Source: a virus
Direction: 5' to 3' (one strand)
Length of the DNA stretch: 64,000 nucleotides
IMG/VR virus record: IMGVR_UViG_3300014202_001569
Location: 26,218-90,217 of that record
Shown: piece by piece, positions 19,208 through 28,784 of the stretch
How the letters are laid out: each line of letters opens with the position of its first letter
Position numbering within the stretch: the first letter of the stretch is position 1
The notes under the pieces: model-generated
What the model was told of the DNA's origin: nothing
Seen by the model: only the letters and a program-made list of their open reading frames with translations
Databases searched by the model: none
Made by a program: the position numbers and the translations under genes

Positions 19208-19866
19208 TACTAGAGTTTAGAAAGTTTATGGAATCCGTACCGCCTGGTTTCAAAAGAATCGTAATTTTCGATTTTGATGATACGCTGGTATTTACTCCTA
19301 CGCCAGAAGAAGGCGCACCTAAATACCAGCAAGCAACTGGTCAGCCCTGGTATATTAAAGACCCGCAAACTGCCCAGGCCCACGGCTATCCGTCTAGCTA
19401 TAGACGGGAAGGCTGGTGGGGGAATCCTAAAACAATAGAATCCCCAATCTTCGACCCACATCCAGATAAGCTTAATCAAGACGTAGCCAGAGCTTTTCAA
19501 AGCTTTAAAGATGATCCACATACTTATACTGTGGTAATGACTGGCAGAATTGCTAAAATGGAGAACAGGATTAAGGAAATCCTAGCCCATTATAACATTC
19601 ATGCAGATGAATATTACTTCAAAGACCAGAAAAACCTCACCCAAGATAAGAACTATCCCCGCAAAGGTGACACTTTTGACTATAAAGCCTTCGTTATTAT
19701 TAACCGCTTGGTTAATCAAGAGACGCAATCGGTAGAAATCTTTGATGATAGAGCCGAACATATCCCTAAATTCGTTGAACTTGGTAGAAATTTAAAGGAA
19801 AAGTGGCCGAATATGCAAACTGTGATAATTCATGATGTACGCCAGAATAAAAACTACAGTTTATAA
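19204..19866 (+). CDS. HAD-superfamily phosphatase (RNA-repair 'Swiss Army Knife'-like)
   Basis: IFDFDDTL (motif I), VMTGR (II), FDDR (IV). Confidence 0.8.
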   Translation: MILEFRKFMESVPPGFKRIVIFDFDDTLVFTPTPEEGAPKYQQATGQPWYIKDPQTAQAHGYPSSYRREGWWGNPKTIESPIFDPHPDKLNQDVARAFQSFKDDPHTYTVVMTGRIAKMENRIKEILAHYNIHADEYYFKDQKNLTQDKNYPRKGDTFDYKAFVIINRLVNQETQSVEIFDDRAEHIPKFVELGRNLKEKWPNMQTVIIHDVRQNKNYSL

Positions 19867-19897
19867 GTGTAGATAGAGCTACAATCTTGTTTTCGGG

Positions 19898-20212
19898 GTG
19901 ACTATGGCTTATGATTACTTCCGAGAAGTAGCTAGTTTCTTTAAGAACTCAAATCTAGTTGATGAACCTATTTCCGTTAGGCGTATGAAGATACGAAATG
20001 GTCTTGATGGGTTGTGCGAAAAAAGGAATGATAAATTTGTTATTAAGGTTAGTTCAAATCTAGGTGAGAACTACTCCATTGATGTGCTGATACACGAAGT
20101 TGCTCATGCGGTAGCTTGGGATAAAGACACAGATATTCACGGACCAAATTGGGGTAGAGCCTACAGCAAAGTTTACCGATTATTCCTTGAAAAGTTTGTG
20201 AGCGACGAGTAG
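19898..20212 (+). CDS. SprT-like HExxH metalloprotein
   Basis: LIHEVAHAVAW...HGPNW. Confidence 0.7.
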   Translation: MTMAYDYFREVASFFKNSNLVDEPISVRRMKIRNGLDGLCEKRNDKFVIKVSSNLGENYSIDVLIHEVAHAVAWDKDTDIHGPNWGRAYSKVYRLFLEKFVSDE

Positions 20213-20282
20213 GATAAAATATTACCGAATAAATGGTAGCAATTTCTTTCGCTCAAAGTAAATAAACATCAAGGAGTAGGAG

Positions 20283-20912
20283 ATGGTGCCAGCACTGTTT
20301 ATAGGGGATAAGGTTGTTACTGGCTTGCATCATGGCGATGCATTTTCAAAGTTGACCGAACAAGAGAAAAGCAATGACGAACTCCTAAGTGGCTTCCTTG
20401 ATAATGACCACCATAAGTTCGTCACCGATACCGAAACAATCTATCTCAAAGATATCATCATCCTAAGACATGCTCAAAGTGATCTGCGGGCAGAAGATGG
20501 TCCAATTACCCCAAGTGGCCGTGCCCAAGCATTCCGTGCGGCAGCATTCTTAAAGGAACTTCACTTGGCTGGCTATGCTGGCTATTGTAGTCCCTATCGC
20601 AGATGCCAGCAAACTTCCGCTATCATTAAAGAAATATGTTCAATCCCTTTTGAGACAGAACCTCACCTTTGTAAGCAATCGCCATATGAGAATTATCAAG
20701 ACTTCACCACCAGGATTACAAATACGCTAGATTTCCTCCCGCCTAAATCAGTCCTAATCACACATACCGATTTCATCCAAAATATTCTGTACCTTACTAA
20801 CCTTATAAAAGAACAATTGAAATTCGTTGTGAATTGTAGTATAACCTATATTCACCAGAATAGACTTATATGGCTAGCGAAGGAAATCAATGCTCAAGAA
20901 AATAGAAGTTGA
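20283..20912 (+). CDS. Histidine phosphatase-family protein
   Basis: IIILRHAQS, CSPYRRCQQT, LITH. Confidence 0.8.
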   Translation: MVPALFIGDKVVTGLHHGDAFSKLTEQEKSNDELLSGFLDNDHHKFVTDTETIYLKDIIILRHAQSDLRAEDGPITPSGRAQAFRAAAFLKELHLAGYAGYCSPYRRCQQTSAIIKEICSIPFETEPHLCKQSPYENYQDFTTRITNTLDFLPPKSVLITHTDFIQNILYLTNLIKEQLKFVVNCSITYIHQNRLIWLAKEINAQENRS

Positions 20913-21501
20913 CCCCCGTATCAAAGTTAAGAACGTAGCCGACCTAATTGAACAACCAGTCGTTATAAGACTCAAGAAGTTCAATGAAGAAAGCACTGAT
21001 AAATTCTCTGAAGAACTAAATAAAGCCCATGAGACAGGCCAGCCTATCATCCCTATAGTTGTAGACTCATATGGCGGGCAAGTTTATTCCGTATTGGGCA
21101 TGATTTCAGAAATTCAAAATGCACTTTTACCAGTAGCCACTATTGTTGAATCCAAAGCAATGTCTGCTGGCGCAATTCTCTTTGGGCTAGGAAACGATGG
21201 CTTGCGATATATGGCACCACATGCTACATTAATGCTTCATGAGGTTTCAAGCTTTCAATTTGGAAAAATAGAAGACCTGAAGGCAGATGTGGATGAAACC
21301 GACCGTCTCAATAGCTACATTTTCGAAATTCTGTCTAAGAATTGTGGGCTGTCTAAGAACTATTTCCTAGACATAATTCATGAAAAAGGTCATGCTGACT
21401 GGTATCTCACAGCTAAAGAGGCCAAAAAACATAACCTGTGTAACCATATTGGTGTGCCTTCCTTTAATGTGAAAGTATCTGTAGATTATAAATTTAATTA
21501 A
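20890..21501 (+). CDS. clpP: ClpP-like protease subunit
   Basis: DSYGGQV, AMSAGA (catalytic Ser), LMLHEVS (His), DWYLTAKEA (Asp). Confidence 0.88.
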   Translation: MLKKIEVDPRIKVKNVADLIEQPVVIRLKKFNEESTDKFSEELNKAHETGQPIIPIVVDSYGGQVYSVLGMISEIQNALLPVATIVESKAMSAGAILFGLGNDGLRYMAPHATLMLHEVSSFQFGKIEDLKADVDETDRLNSYIFEILSKNCGLSKNYFLDIIHEKGHADWYLTAKEAKKHNLCNHIGVPSFNVKVSVDYKFN

Positions 21502-21510
21502 GGAGCGACA

Positions 21511-21741
21511 ATGGAACTCGAATTTTGCACTACCGAAGAACTTGTTGATGAATTAACTAAACGTACTACATTTGCAGGCATTGTAATTCGTTCCGAAAGC
21601 GAAGCTAGAGGAAATGAAATCGCCGTTCATCAAAATTGGGATATTACTTATTCAAGTGGCTTCTCCAATAGACAAGTAGCCGAACTTCTGGAAGACGCCG
21701 TTGGGCACTTTCATCAGTTGGCAGAAGCTGAAGATGAATAA
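21511..21741 (+). CDS. Hypothetical protein
   Basis: AAGGAG SD and ORF. Confidence 0.65.
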   Translation: MELEFCTTEELVDELTKRTTFAGIVIRSESEARGNEIAVHQNWDITYSSGFSNRQVAELLEDAVGHFHQLAEAEDE

Positions 21742-21804
21742 GTTGCTTTCATTGCTGAGTTTTGATAGGATGGGGATGCCTGTCCTCTCGAAACGGAGAA
21801 AACA

Positions 21805-22044
21805 ATGCCAAAATACTATGTGGACGCAGGTGAATTTCGCAAAGTAATTGACGAAGTTGACCCGAAAACCGCCGCCATAGAAGCATTTAGAACTTTAGAA
21901 GAGAATCCAGTTCCTAGCCTGAGCAGCGTCACCGTCGTAAGCGAAGAAGGCTTCGACACCAATAGTGAAAATGATTGGTGCTTCTCTACTATGGATATAC
22001 TTGAACAAAGCGACCAATTGGGTCAATATAAACCCGATTACTAA
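21805..22044 (+). CDS. Hypothetical acidic protein
   Basis: GGAG SD and ORF. Confidence 0.65.
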   Translation: MPKYYVDAGEFRKVIDEVDPKTAAIEAFRTLEENPVPSLSSVTVVSEEGFDTNSENDWCFSTMDILEQSDQLGQYKPDY

Positions 22045-22076
22045 CCATAGATAGCCTTTTACCCTTGGAGTAGCCT

Positions 22077-22646
22077 ATGCCTATTTTTAGCGGGTTCGAA
22101 GGTGAGGAATTTCAATTTAATGGGATTCCCAATAAGATTTTCAATCTGTTAACAGATGAAAATATACAAGTAAATGCACTCTTCAACTCGCACAAAAGGA
22201 TCGACCTGATCGGCATAAGAATAGGCAACTCCAAAATTAAATGGTCAGCACAAGATGGAAAAGCAGAAGTCAATGGAGAGAAACTTTATCATCGTGCTTA
22301 TGTCACTGTTGATAATCAAGCTTATCATACTTATGTCGAAATGAAACCCCACCTGGCCTCACCAGAAACAAACTCCCTGTTCATCAACGCAGGACAATAT
22401 CATTTTAATATCGTCAGAAATAAGAATTGCAGCGTCGTTCTACCCTACTTTTTTAAATTTGACGCAGTTATATATAATAGAAATGCTCGCCCACATGGTA
22501 TAGTAGGTCAAACAGCCGATTACAATGGTGCCCCAAGAATTGACTCTGGAGAACAAGGCGAAGGCATCATCGACGGCAACCCACTAGATTATATGGTAAG
22601 CGATCTATGGAATAAGGATTTTAGATATAACAAATTTAAGGAATGA
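22077..22646 (+). CDS. Hypothetical protein with VWD/root-cap-like domain
   Basis: FQFNG...FNLLTD...VNALF...PHGIVGQT pattern. Confidence 0.4.
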   Translation: MPIFSGFEGEEFQFNGIPNKIFNLLTDENIQVNALFNSHKRIDLIGIRIGNSKIKWSAQDGKAEVNGEKLYHRAYVTVDNQAYHTYVEMKPHLASPETNSLFINAGQYHFNIVRNKNCSVVLPYFFKFDAVIYNRNARPHGIVGQTADYNGAPRIDSGEQGEGIIDGNPLDYMVSDLWNKDFRYNKFKE

Positions 22647-22647
22647 A

Positions 22648-22824
22648 ATGGACGTTTTTTATGTAAAACCTAAAGACTTCGCCGCCTGCTCTTTTGATAA
22701 TATAGACGAAGCCTTAGAAGAAGTAAGAATGCACTTGGCAGATGGAGTCAAAGAAGTTAAAGTCATAGTTAAAGAAATGACCCAAGAAGAATATGAATCC
22801 TTGCCCGCGTTTGAAGGATACTAA
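22648..22824 (+). CDS. Hypothetical protein (58 aa, not in track)
   Basis: Manual translation MDVFYVKPKDF...PAFEGY*. Confidence 0.55.
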   Translation: MDVFYVKPKDFAACSFDNIDEALEEVRMHLADGVKEVKVIVKEMTQEEYESLPAFEGY

Positions 22825-22839
22825 TATAAGGAATACACA

Positions 22840-23064
22840 ATGGATAATACCATCCCAATAGACCGTGATATGGCCCACGTTATCTTAGCCGCTTTCAACG
22901 TTGCCTCCTTGGAAGGTATGAGCAGCCTTAATTCAAAAGACCGCCCAATCAAAGGAAAACCCGAAGGCCAAGACTACGCCGATGCCGAACTTAGAGTCCT
23001 AAGAGTCCTTACCGTACTCTATCCAGATATCGCACATCAATACTTCGATATAAAAAAACAATGA
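22840..23064 (+). CDS. Hypothetical protein
   Basis: AAGGA SD; operon-like packing. Confidence 0.6.
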   Translation: MDNTIPIDRDMAHVILAAFNVASLEGMSSLNSKDRPIKGKPEGQDYADAELRVLRVLTVLYPDIAHQYFDIKKQ

Positions 23065-23077
23065 ATAGGAATGTAAT

Positions 23078-23269
23078 ATGAGAAATATTTGGGATACATT
23101 GATGGAAGACCCGTACACAGCCATCGCAACCTTAATCTGCGCAACCATCCTCGGTTGCGTGCTAGTCTTCGGTGGCGTAAGCTGCGTTAAAGCCGAATAT
23201 GAATACAAAATTAAAAGACAAGAATTACAAAATCAAGGCAGTAAAGAGTTTTTCAATAAAGAAAGATAA
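23078..23269 (+). CDS. Small membrane protein
   Basis: One hydrophobic helix. Confidence 0.6.
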   Translation: MRNIWDTLMEDPYTAIATLICATILGCVLVFGGVSCVKAEYEYKIKRQELQNQGSKEFFNKER

Positions 23270-24081
23270 TGGAATCATACTGGACCCCTAAACTAACCCT
23301 CGAAGAAGCCTGGAATTACTCTGAAAACGGCATCGCCATCTTCGGCAACCCCGCCATGCGTGATGTTATATGGGAGAAAGGTTCCCCTCATCCTAAATGG
23401 TGGATCAATAAAGGCTACAGGGATACCAAACCTGAAAGATTTGTTAACCGCATAGGCTGGTATCCAGATAAACCCACAAAGGAGTATGACGAAATGGCAG
23501 ACAGGGAACGAGAACTCTTTGAAACCAACCGCCCTAAAATGAACACTTGGTATACCCAAGGCAAAAATGGCGGCTGGATAGAAGTAATCCCCAAACCCAT
23601 TAACCACTCCAAATGGATACTAGACGAAACCCGTAATGTCTATCGCTATGAGAAAAATGGCAATTGGGCCGAAGTTTCCGCCGCCCTAGATACTACCGAA
23701 GGCTTCTGGCCCACCAAACTCTGCATCAAAGGCGAAATCAAAGAGTTTATAGACCACGGCTGGTATGACCGCGAAGGCTCAATGGATTATTGCGAATGGC
23801 AAGTAGATCATCCAGACGGAATGAAAATGGGCTGGTGGGGTTCGACTTGGAGATTGTTGGTCTTTGCCTTGTTGGTTTTTACCTGTTTCTCCTGGCCTTT
23901 GTATTCCTTCATAGGCTACTGTATCTTTACCTATACTGTAATGGGCTATCTCCTACTCAGCGGAGAACTAAGCTCCGTAGGCTCAGTACGGAAACAAATC
24001 ATTAGCGGCTTCTTCCTCTGGCTTCTCTCGCCCATCGTGTTTATCTTCCTTCTTATATTCTCTTGCTTTGCAATCCTATGA
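23269..24081 (+). CDS. Hypothetical Trp-rich protein with C-terminal TM helices
   Basis: ORF track; overlapping starts and stops. Confidence 0.6.
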   Translation: MESYWTPKLTLEEAWNYSENGIAIFGNPAMRDVIWEKGSPHPKWWINKGYRDTKPERFVNRIGWYPDKPTKEYDEMADRERELFETNRPKMNTWYTQGKNGGWIEVIPKPINHSKWILDETRNVYRYEKNGNWAEVSAALDTTEGFWPTKLCIKGEIKEFIDHGWYDREGSMDYCEWQVDHPDGMKMGWWGSTWRLLVFALLVFTCFSWPLYSFIGYCIFTYTVMGYLLLSGELSSVGSVRKQIISGFFLWLLSPIVFIFLLIFSCFAIL

Positions 24082-24482
24082 CAAACAAAGAACACTACAG
24101 CGACTATAAGTGGATCAAAGTCAAACGACATACCGATGACCCCACCAAATCGTGGGAAGATCGCTATAAAGTCCTAGACGAACACCACCTAAAAGAAACT
24201 ACCTTCCTGATTGATGAAGTCAGAAAACTAGCCGATAAACTAGACACAACCGAAAAACAAGAAACCGAACTTAAAAAGAAAGAAATGAGAGCAGATCGCT
24301 TCCGATCATTCCTAATCTTCTGGTTCGGCTTCTCTTCCATCCCTATTATTATCCTAGACTTCTTTGTTGATAAACAAACTCAACTTTCATATCATCCTTG
24401 GATATTGATTAGTACGTTGTTATTTGGCTTAGGTTGTTCGTCGTTATTAACATACTGGAGAAAAAATGCCAGCCCCAAATGA
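24063..24482 (+). CDS. Hypothetical membrane protein
   Basis: Two C-terminal TM segments; true start probably ATG 24078. Confidence 0.55.
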   Translation: MLCNPMTNKEHYSDYKWIKVKRHTDDPTKSWEDRYKVLDEHHLKETTFLIDEVRKLADKLDTTEKQETELKKKEMRADRFRSFLIFWFGFSSIPIIILDFFVDKQTQLSYHPWILISTLLFGLGCSSLLTYWRKNASPK

Positions 24483-24687
24483 CTTTCAAGAATGGTGGGA
24501 TAATTATAAACACAAGATTCCTGGTCCTAAAAGGAACTCAGTAAAACATTGGGCGCTCCTCGGTTGGAACGCCCATGTTGATTATCTTGAACAACTTGAT
24601 TTGCAAAGTAAAGAACACGATAAAAAGATGATGGAAGAATACCAAAAAGCAGGTTGCCCTGCTGGTTGGTGGGGCGACCCCGATTAG
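24466..24687 (+). CDS. Hypothetical protein
   Basis: ORF track. Confidence 0.55.
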   Translation: MPAPNDFQEWWDNYKHKIPGPKRNSVKHWALLGWNAHVDYLEQLDLQSKEHDKKMMEEYQKAGCPAGWWGDPD

Positions 24688-25109
24688 ATAATTACATTAA
24701 ATGGATTCGATGTAACACTCATAGTCTCTGGTGGTATCACTACGTTTCCGTGAACCGCATTAGGGTCTAAGAAACTCTTAGGAAATACGTCACCAGATAC
24801 TGGTGGATTGTAAAAATATCCAGCCTGGAATGACCCAAATGGTGAAAAATTAGCACAACCATTCTTCTGCATTACCGCAGTAGCCACTAACGTATAACCA
24901 TCACCCGATGTAGCAAGCTCCAAATCATCAAATACCGCTACACCATTAACAGCCGCTACCGTCAATGTCCCTGTCAGTACGCCAATGCCAGGATTCGTGC
25001 CAATCGCAATCGTTACAAGATCAGTGCTTGTTGGATTCTCTAAATCCACAACAACACAGTCTATCGTCTCTGCCGCTACTGTTTCACTTATTACTGTTGA
25101 AAACTTCAT
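24684..25109 (-). CDS. Ig-like domain protein (possible virion decoration)
   Basis: GTLTVAAVNGVAVFDDLELATSGDGYTLVAT resembles bacterial Ig-like repeats. Confidence 0.55.
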   Translation of the reverse strand: MKFSTVISETVAAETIDCVVVDLENPTSTDLVTIAIGTNPGIGVLTGTLTVAAVNGVAVFDDLELATSGDGYTLVATAVMQKNGCANFSPFGSFQAGYFYNPPVSGDVFPKSFLDPNAVHGNVVIPPETMSVTSNPFNVII

Positions 25110-25142
25110 AATCTTTCCTTCCTTAAAAAGATACTGTATATA

Positions 25143-25355
25143 TTACTTCGGTGGCATTTTAGAATCTTTCCCGTGCTTCTTACCCTTCTTGTTATGCTTC
25201 ACAATCGCATCCTTCTCCCAAGGTGCCGCCGTACTACGACTGTTAATCTCCGCATCAGTTATGTCTGGTCCTAAATCCTGTGCAGCCGCACGTCGCTTCC
25301 TAGTAAATGCACTAGATTCCTTAATCTTCATCCAATTTAAAAATGTTTTAACCAT
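25143..25355 (-). CDS. Small basic protein, possible internal head protein
   Basis: MVKTFLNWMKIKES N-terminus; Lys-rich C-terminus. Confidence 0.6.
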   Translation of the reverse strand: MVKTFLNWMKIKESSAFTRKRRAAAQDLGPDITDAEINSRSTAAPWEKDAIVKHNKKGKKHGKDSKMPPK

Positions 25356-25365
25356 ACCTTATATA

Positions 25366-26115
25366 TTAACTCCTTCCTATTTCCCTAGCCTTCGCATCAC
25401 CACCATAATGTATATTGTGCAAAAATGTCTGAATCGCTGAATCTACTAACTCTGGACCACTCACCCTATTCAATGCATCCAAAGATAATACCATCTTCTC
25501 TATATTAACCAACCACTCATTCTCCTGTGACTGATATGCAGGATTCATCGTGTCTATTACATTCTTCGCCGCAGACTTAATCCCAGCTATCAACGAAACA
25601 GGTAACGCAAATACATTACCTAATGTCGTTGGCTGCTTGCCTACCGTTACACCCGTCCCCGTAATCTTTTGCGGCTGCTGTGAATGGAAATGATTCTCTA
25701 AATCACTCAACGCCTTATTCAATACCGCAGTCTTTTTCTGACGTGCCTGCGGTACTTGCTCCCTGGCAACATAGTTTAATAACCACGCACTGCTGTCATT
25801 AAATGCCTTGCCAGCTAATGCCTTGGTTTGCTGTGGCGTGTCCGAAATATAAGGATTGCCACGCGACATCGAACGATACTTACTAGCAGTCTGACCCAAT
25901 CCACCCACAATCGCTGGACCAGCACCCGCAGCCGCACCAGGAACATGACCAAAATACTTAAGCAAATCCCCACCCTCTCCACCTAATGCCTTCCCAGCTA
26001 TCCCGCCAAGATTACCACCCACCCCTACATTGCGAAAAGGATTGTAACTAGCCTCGTCACGCCTATCTACATATTCCCTGAAAGTTCTCATGGTTTTATC
26101 TATTGTTCCCAACAA
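25366..26115 (-). CDS. Gly/Ala-rich protein, possible internal head protein
   Basis: Probable start at internal MRTFREYVDRRDE. Confidence 0.6.
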   Translation of the reverse strand: MLGTIDKTMRTFREYVDRRDEASYNPFRNVGVGGNLGGIAGKALGGEGGDLLKYFGHVPGAAAGAGPAIVGGLGQTASKYRSMSRGNPYISDTPQQTKALAGKAFNDSSAWLLNYVAREQVPQARQKKTAVLNKALSDLENHFHSQQPQKITGTGVTVGKQPTTLGNVFALPVSLIAGIKSAAKNVIDTMNPAYQSQENEWLVNIEKMVLSLDALNRVSGPELVDSAIQTFLHNIHYGGDAKAREIGRS

Positions 26116-26245
26116 TAAAATCGTATTTTATTAATTTAACCATACTCCTTTATCTCATGGAAACTAGACTCATTATTGTAGCCGTAACCGCCGCCGCTGG
26201 CTACGCATTCGGATACATTCTCGGTTCTATCCTCAGGAGAAACAA

Positions 26246-26626
26246 ATGAATATCATTATCCAATTCCCTAACCATCACCACATAGGTCAAATTACGTTAA
26301 ATAGCGAATCTTTTGAGAACGGCTTAATAACTACCTTCCCAAGCATCAATGAATGGGATGACAATAAAACCCAAAGCCTTTTTGGTATCTTCGTAGACTT
26401 CTTTAAATTCGGTGCCGATTACTTTGAGAAAGGTAAAGTTAACGGCGAAGACGTGGCCGCTAAAATCAAACATCAACTCGGTGAGATTTGGCTAGATGAT
26501 CGCTGGCACTTCTCTGGCGTCTGGCCACACTCCGTTAACTTCGGTGAAATGTGCTACTCCTCAGACCCGACCGTTGACCTGGAAGTTACCTGGCGTTTCC
26601 AGAAATTTGAACTACTAAATCCATAA
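26246..26626 (+). CDS. Tail tube gp19-like paralogue
   Basis: WHFSGVWPHSVNFGEMCYSS...LEVTWRF resembles the T4 gp19 C-terminal motif. Confidence 0.5.
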   Translation: MNIIIQFPNHHHIGQITLNSESFENGLITTFPSINEWDDNKTQSLFGIFVDFFKFGADYFEKGKVNGEDVAAKIKHQLGEIWLDDRWHFSGVWPHSVNFGEMCYSSDPTVDLEVTWRFQKFELLNP

Positions 26627-27046
26627 GTCCCTCACTATTTCTTCTGGTATCCCATGCGTATCCCATAAATAATGAACCGTCTCATCACTCCGACCACGCT
26701 CCTTCGTAACCTTCTCTACCACCTTCGTTGACCTCTTTAATAACCTGAAATACATAATCTCTTCATCCTTGATGCTCCCCGCTACATCCGTCCTGACTAA
26801 CCATTGCTGATTGTTAATAAAACACGTCAACACGGGCGATAAAGTCATACTTAAACCATCAGCATAAAATAACCTGGCAGCATAGTGATCCTTGCCGCCA
26901 CACGGACATTCATACCAGACCAGATGCCTGCCCATGAATACTTCACGCTTTACTTCCTGAACGTCCCGACAATCCAATACCGCCTGGAAATGCTCAAACC
27001 AAACCTTATAAAGATCGCTAATTACCACGTCACCGTTAACCTCCAA
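26615..27046 (-). CDS. Hypothetical protein
   Basis: ORF track; overlapping chain of minus-strand genes. Confidence 0.5.
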   Translation of the reverse strand: MEVNGDVVISDLYKVWFEHFQAVLDCRDVQEVKREVFMGRHLVWYECPCGGKDHYAARLFYADGLSMTLSPVLTCFINNQQWLVRTDVAGSIKDEEIMYFRLLKRSTKVVEKVTKERGRSDETVHYLWDTHGIPEEIVRDLWI

Positions 27047-27435
27047 CGACCTTCACTCCATTCCCGCCCCGTTACATAATCCACATTACACGCTTCCATA
27101 TAATTGTCGCAACGTATCATCACCGAATCTATACTAAACTTATAATCTTTGTTGTGTTTCAATTGAGTAATGGCACTTTCCCATACAGGGTTAACGGTAT
27201 GGCCATCACCATATTCCAACTCAACCGACCGCTTCGCATCCTTGATTGCCCCAAGAATACACTCTTCAACATACTTAACCTTTTCCCTAATCTCTTTAGC
27301 AAATTGCTTTTCTTGCTCTTGTTGTTTCTTAACCTGTTCTTCCCGCTCTTGACAGGCTTTAATGGCACCTAAACGCTGTTTCTCCAACTTATTCTCTTGG
27401 AGCATTCTTTCTAACTCGTCTTTGGTGGGTAACAT
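27022..27435 (-). CDS. Hypothetical protein
   Basis: ORF track; GGAG SD. Confidence 0.6.
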   Translation of the reverse strand: MLPTKDELERMLQENKLEKQRLGAIKACQEREEQVKKQQEQEKQFAKEIREKVKYVEECILGAIKDAKRSVELEYGDGHTVNPVWESAITQLKHNKDYKFSIDSVMIRCDNYMEACNVDYVTGREWSEGRWRLTVTW

Positions 27436-27800
27436 GATTCATACTCCAATGTTTCATAATGAAGTCTAAGCTCTATTATATCTTCATTATAAGAAGGTAT
27501 AACATCCACACTTACACCATTATAATTAAATCGGTCAGTGTTCTGCCTCTCATAATGACCCCCTAATAAGGGGGTTAACTCATGCTGGCAATTTGGACAC
27601 TTAGGCGGAACCTTAATATAATGCTGAATACTTGCCTTCCCTTTCGGGAAGGGCGGTACTGCAAAAAAATTCTTTATATCGCATTCCAGATCAAATAACA
27701 TAACGTGAATCTCGTTCTCCTCCGTGGGAGATATCGTTATATGTGCCTGCCTTGGCTCTATCTTAAAATCACCAAACTCAGCCGCAAACGTGTATTGCAT
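27411..27800 (-). CDS. Hypothetical protein with CxxC
   Basis: CPNC motif; GAGG SD. Confidence 0.55.
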   Translation of the reverse strand: MQYTFAAEFGDFKIEPRQAHITISPTEENEIHVMLFDLECDIKNFFAVPPFPKGKASIQHYIKVPPKCPNCQHELTPLLGGHYERQNTDRFNYNGVSVDVIPSYNEDIIELRLHYETLEYESCYPPKTS

Positions 27801-28437
27801 TCCATATCCTCTTAATAGTTCTTAAATCGTGACCATAATCATTCATTCTCCATGTAGTCTTTGGCAAACCGTTTATATGATCCAAAAACCGCTCCTCCAT
27901 CGCCAAAAACTCCTCTGGTATATTATAAGAACGATGTGGCAACTCCAACGCATCAGACCACAAAAAATTGAAAAGTAATTCCTCTGGCCTGTCAGCCCTG
28001 TAATAAAACAAATTAGGCCCAATCGACATGCTGGGATACTTCTTTATAGCATACGGCGGCTCGTTTAACTGTTTCGCATGACATAATTCTACCAATTTGA
28101 TCTTCTTAAACTTTTTGAAACTGGTTCCTTTATAGCGGAGGTCCATATGAGTTGATCTACCGAGTATAGAGCCAGGATGACCACTTACCCCCACAAATTC
28201 CGCCGTATGTATAATCCCACTCCGCTCATCATCATTCCGATTTACCTTACGATCCGATTTAGCGTCAGTTGGATATAAAGTTTCCTGTACCCGCCACCAT
28301 GCATCAATCTTCCCATAATAATTCTCCTCGAACGTTGACTCCCGCTCAAAAACATATTGTGGATACGCTAACGGCAATGCAATAATGTCAGCCCGCTCTG
28401 TCGTAAATCCGTAAGCTAATGATTCAATGTCATACAT
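27778..28437 (-). CDS. Hypothetical protein
   Basis: 219-aa ORF. Confidence 0.6.
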   Translation of the reverse strand: MYDIESLAYGFTTERADIIALPLAYPQYVFERESTFEENYYGKIDAWWRVQETLYPTDAKSDRKVNRNDDERSGIIHTAEFVGVSGHPGSILGRSTHMDLRYKGTSFKKFKKIKLVELCHAKQLNEPPYAIKKYPSMSIGPNLFYYRADRPEELLFNFLWSDALELPHRSYNIPEEFLAMEERFLDHINGLPKTTWRMNDYGHDLRTIKRIWNAIHVCG

Positions 28438-28539
28438 GCAATCACTTCGGGGTTGTTAACAAAGTTTATCACCAATTCCCATCATAATCCATCCCAGCGT
28501 AAATTGGTATAAAAAATCTTATAGGTGGTGGAATTTTTG

Positions 28540-28623
28540 GGCGGCGGGAATTTTGGGAATTGGAAAAATTAGTTTTCTTAGATTTGTGCGGGGGAATCAA
28601 AAATCCTGGCGGCGGGAATTTTG
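28540..28623. repeat. 16-bp direct repeat GGCGGCGGGAATTTTG (two copies)
   Basis: Copies at about 28540-28555 and 28608-28623; a degenerate copy at about 28524. Confidence 0.8.
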
Positions 28624-28734
28624 AAATTGACTCTTTAATAAACTCACTGGTATGGCGTCCAGGTAGGGTATCCCTATGTTACTTTTTTAAGGAGAAAATG
28701 AAATTAATTAATCATATTTTAACTCTGCAAGCCA

Positions 28735-28776
28735 ATCATATTAGTATCATTGGGGCATCAATGATACTAATATGAT
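28735..28776. repeat. Perfect 18-bp inverted repeat
   Basis: atcatattagtatcattg-gggcat-caatgatactaatatgat. Confidence 0.9.
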
Positions 28777-28784
28777 ACTGAGCA

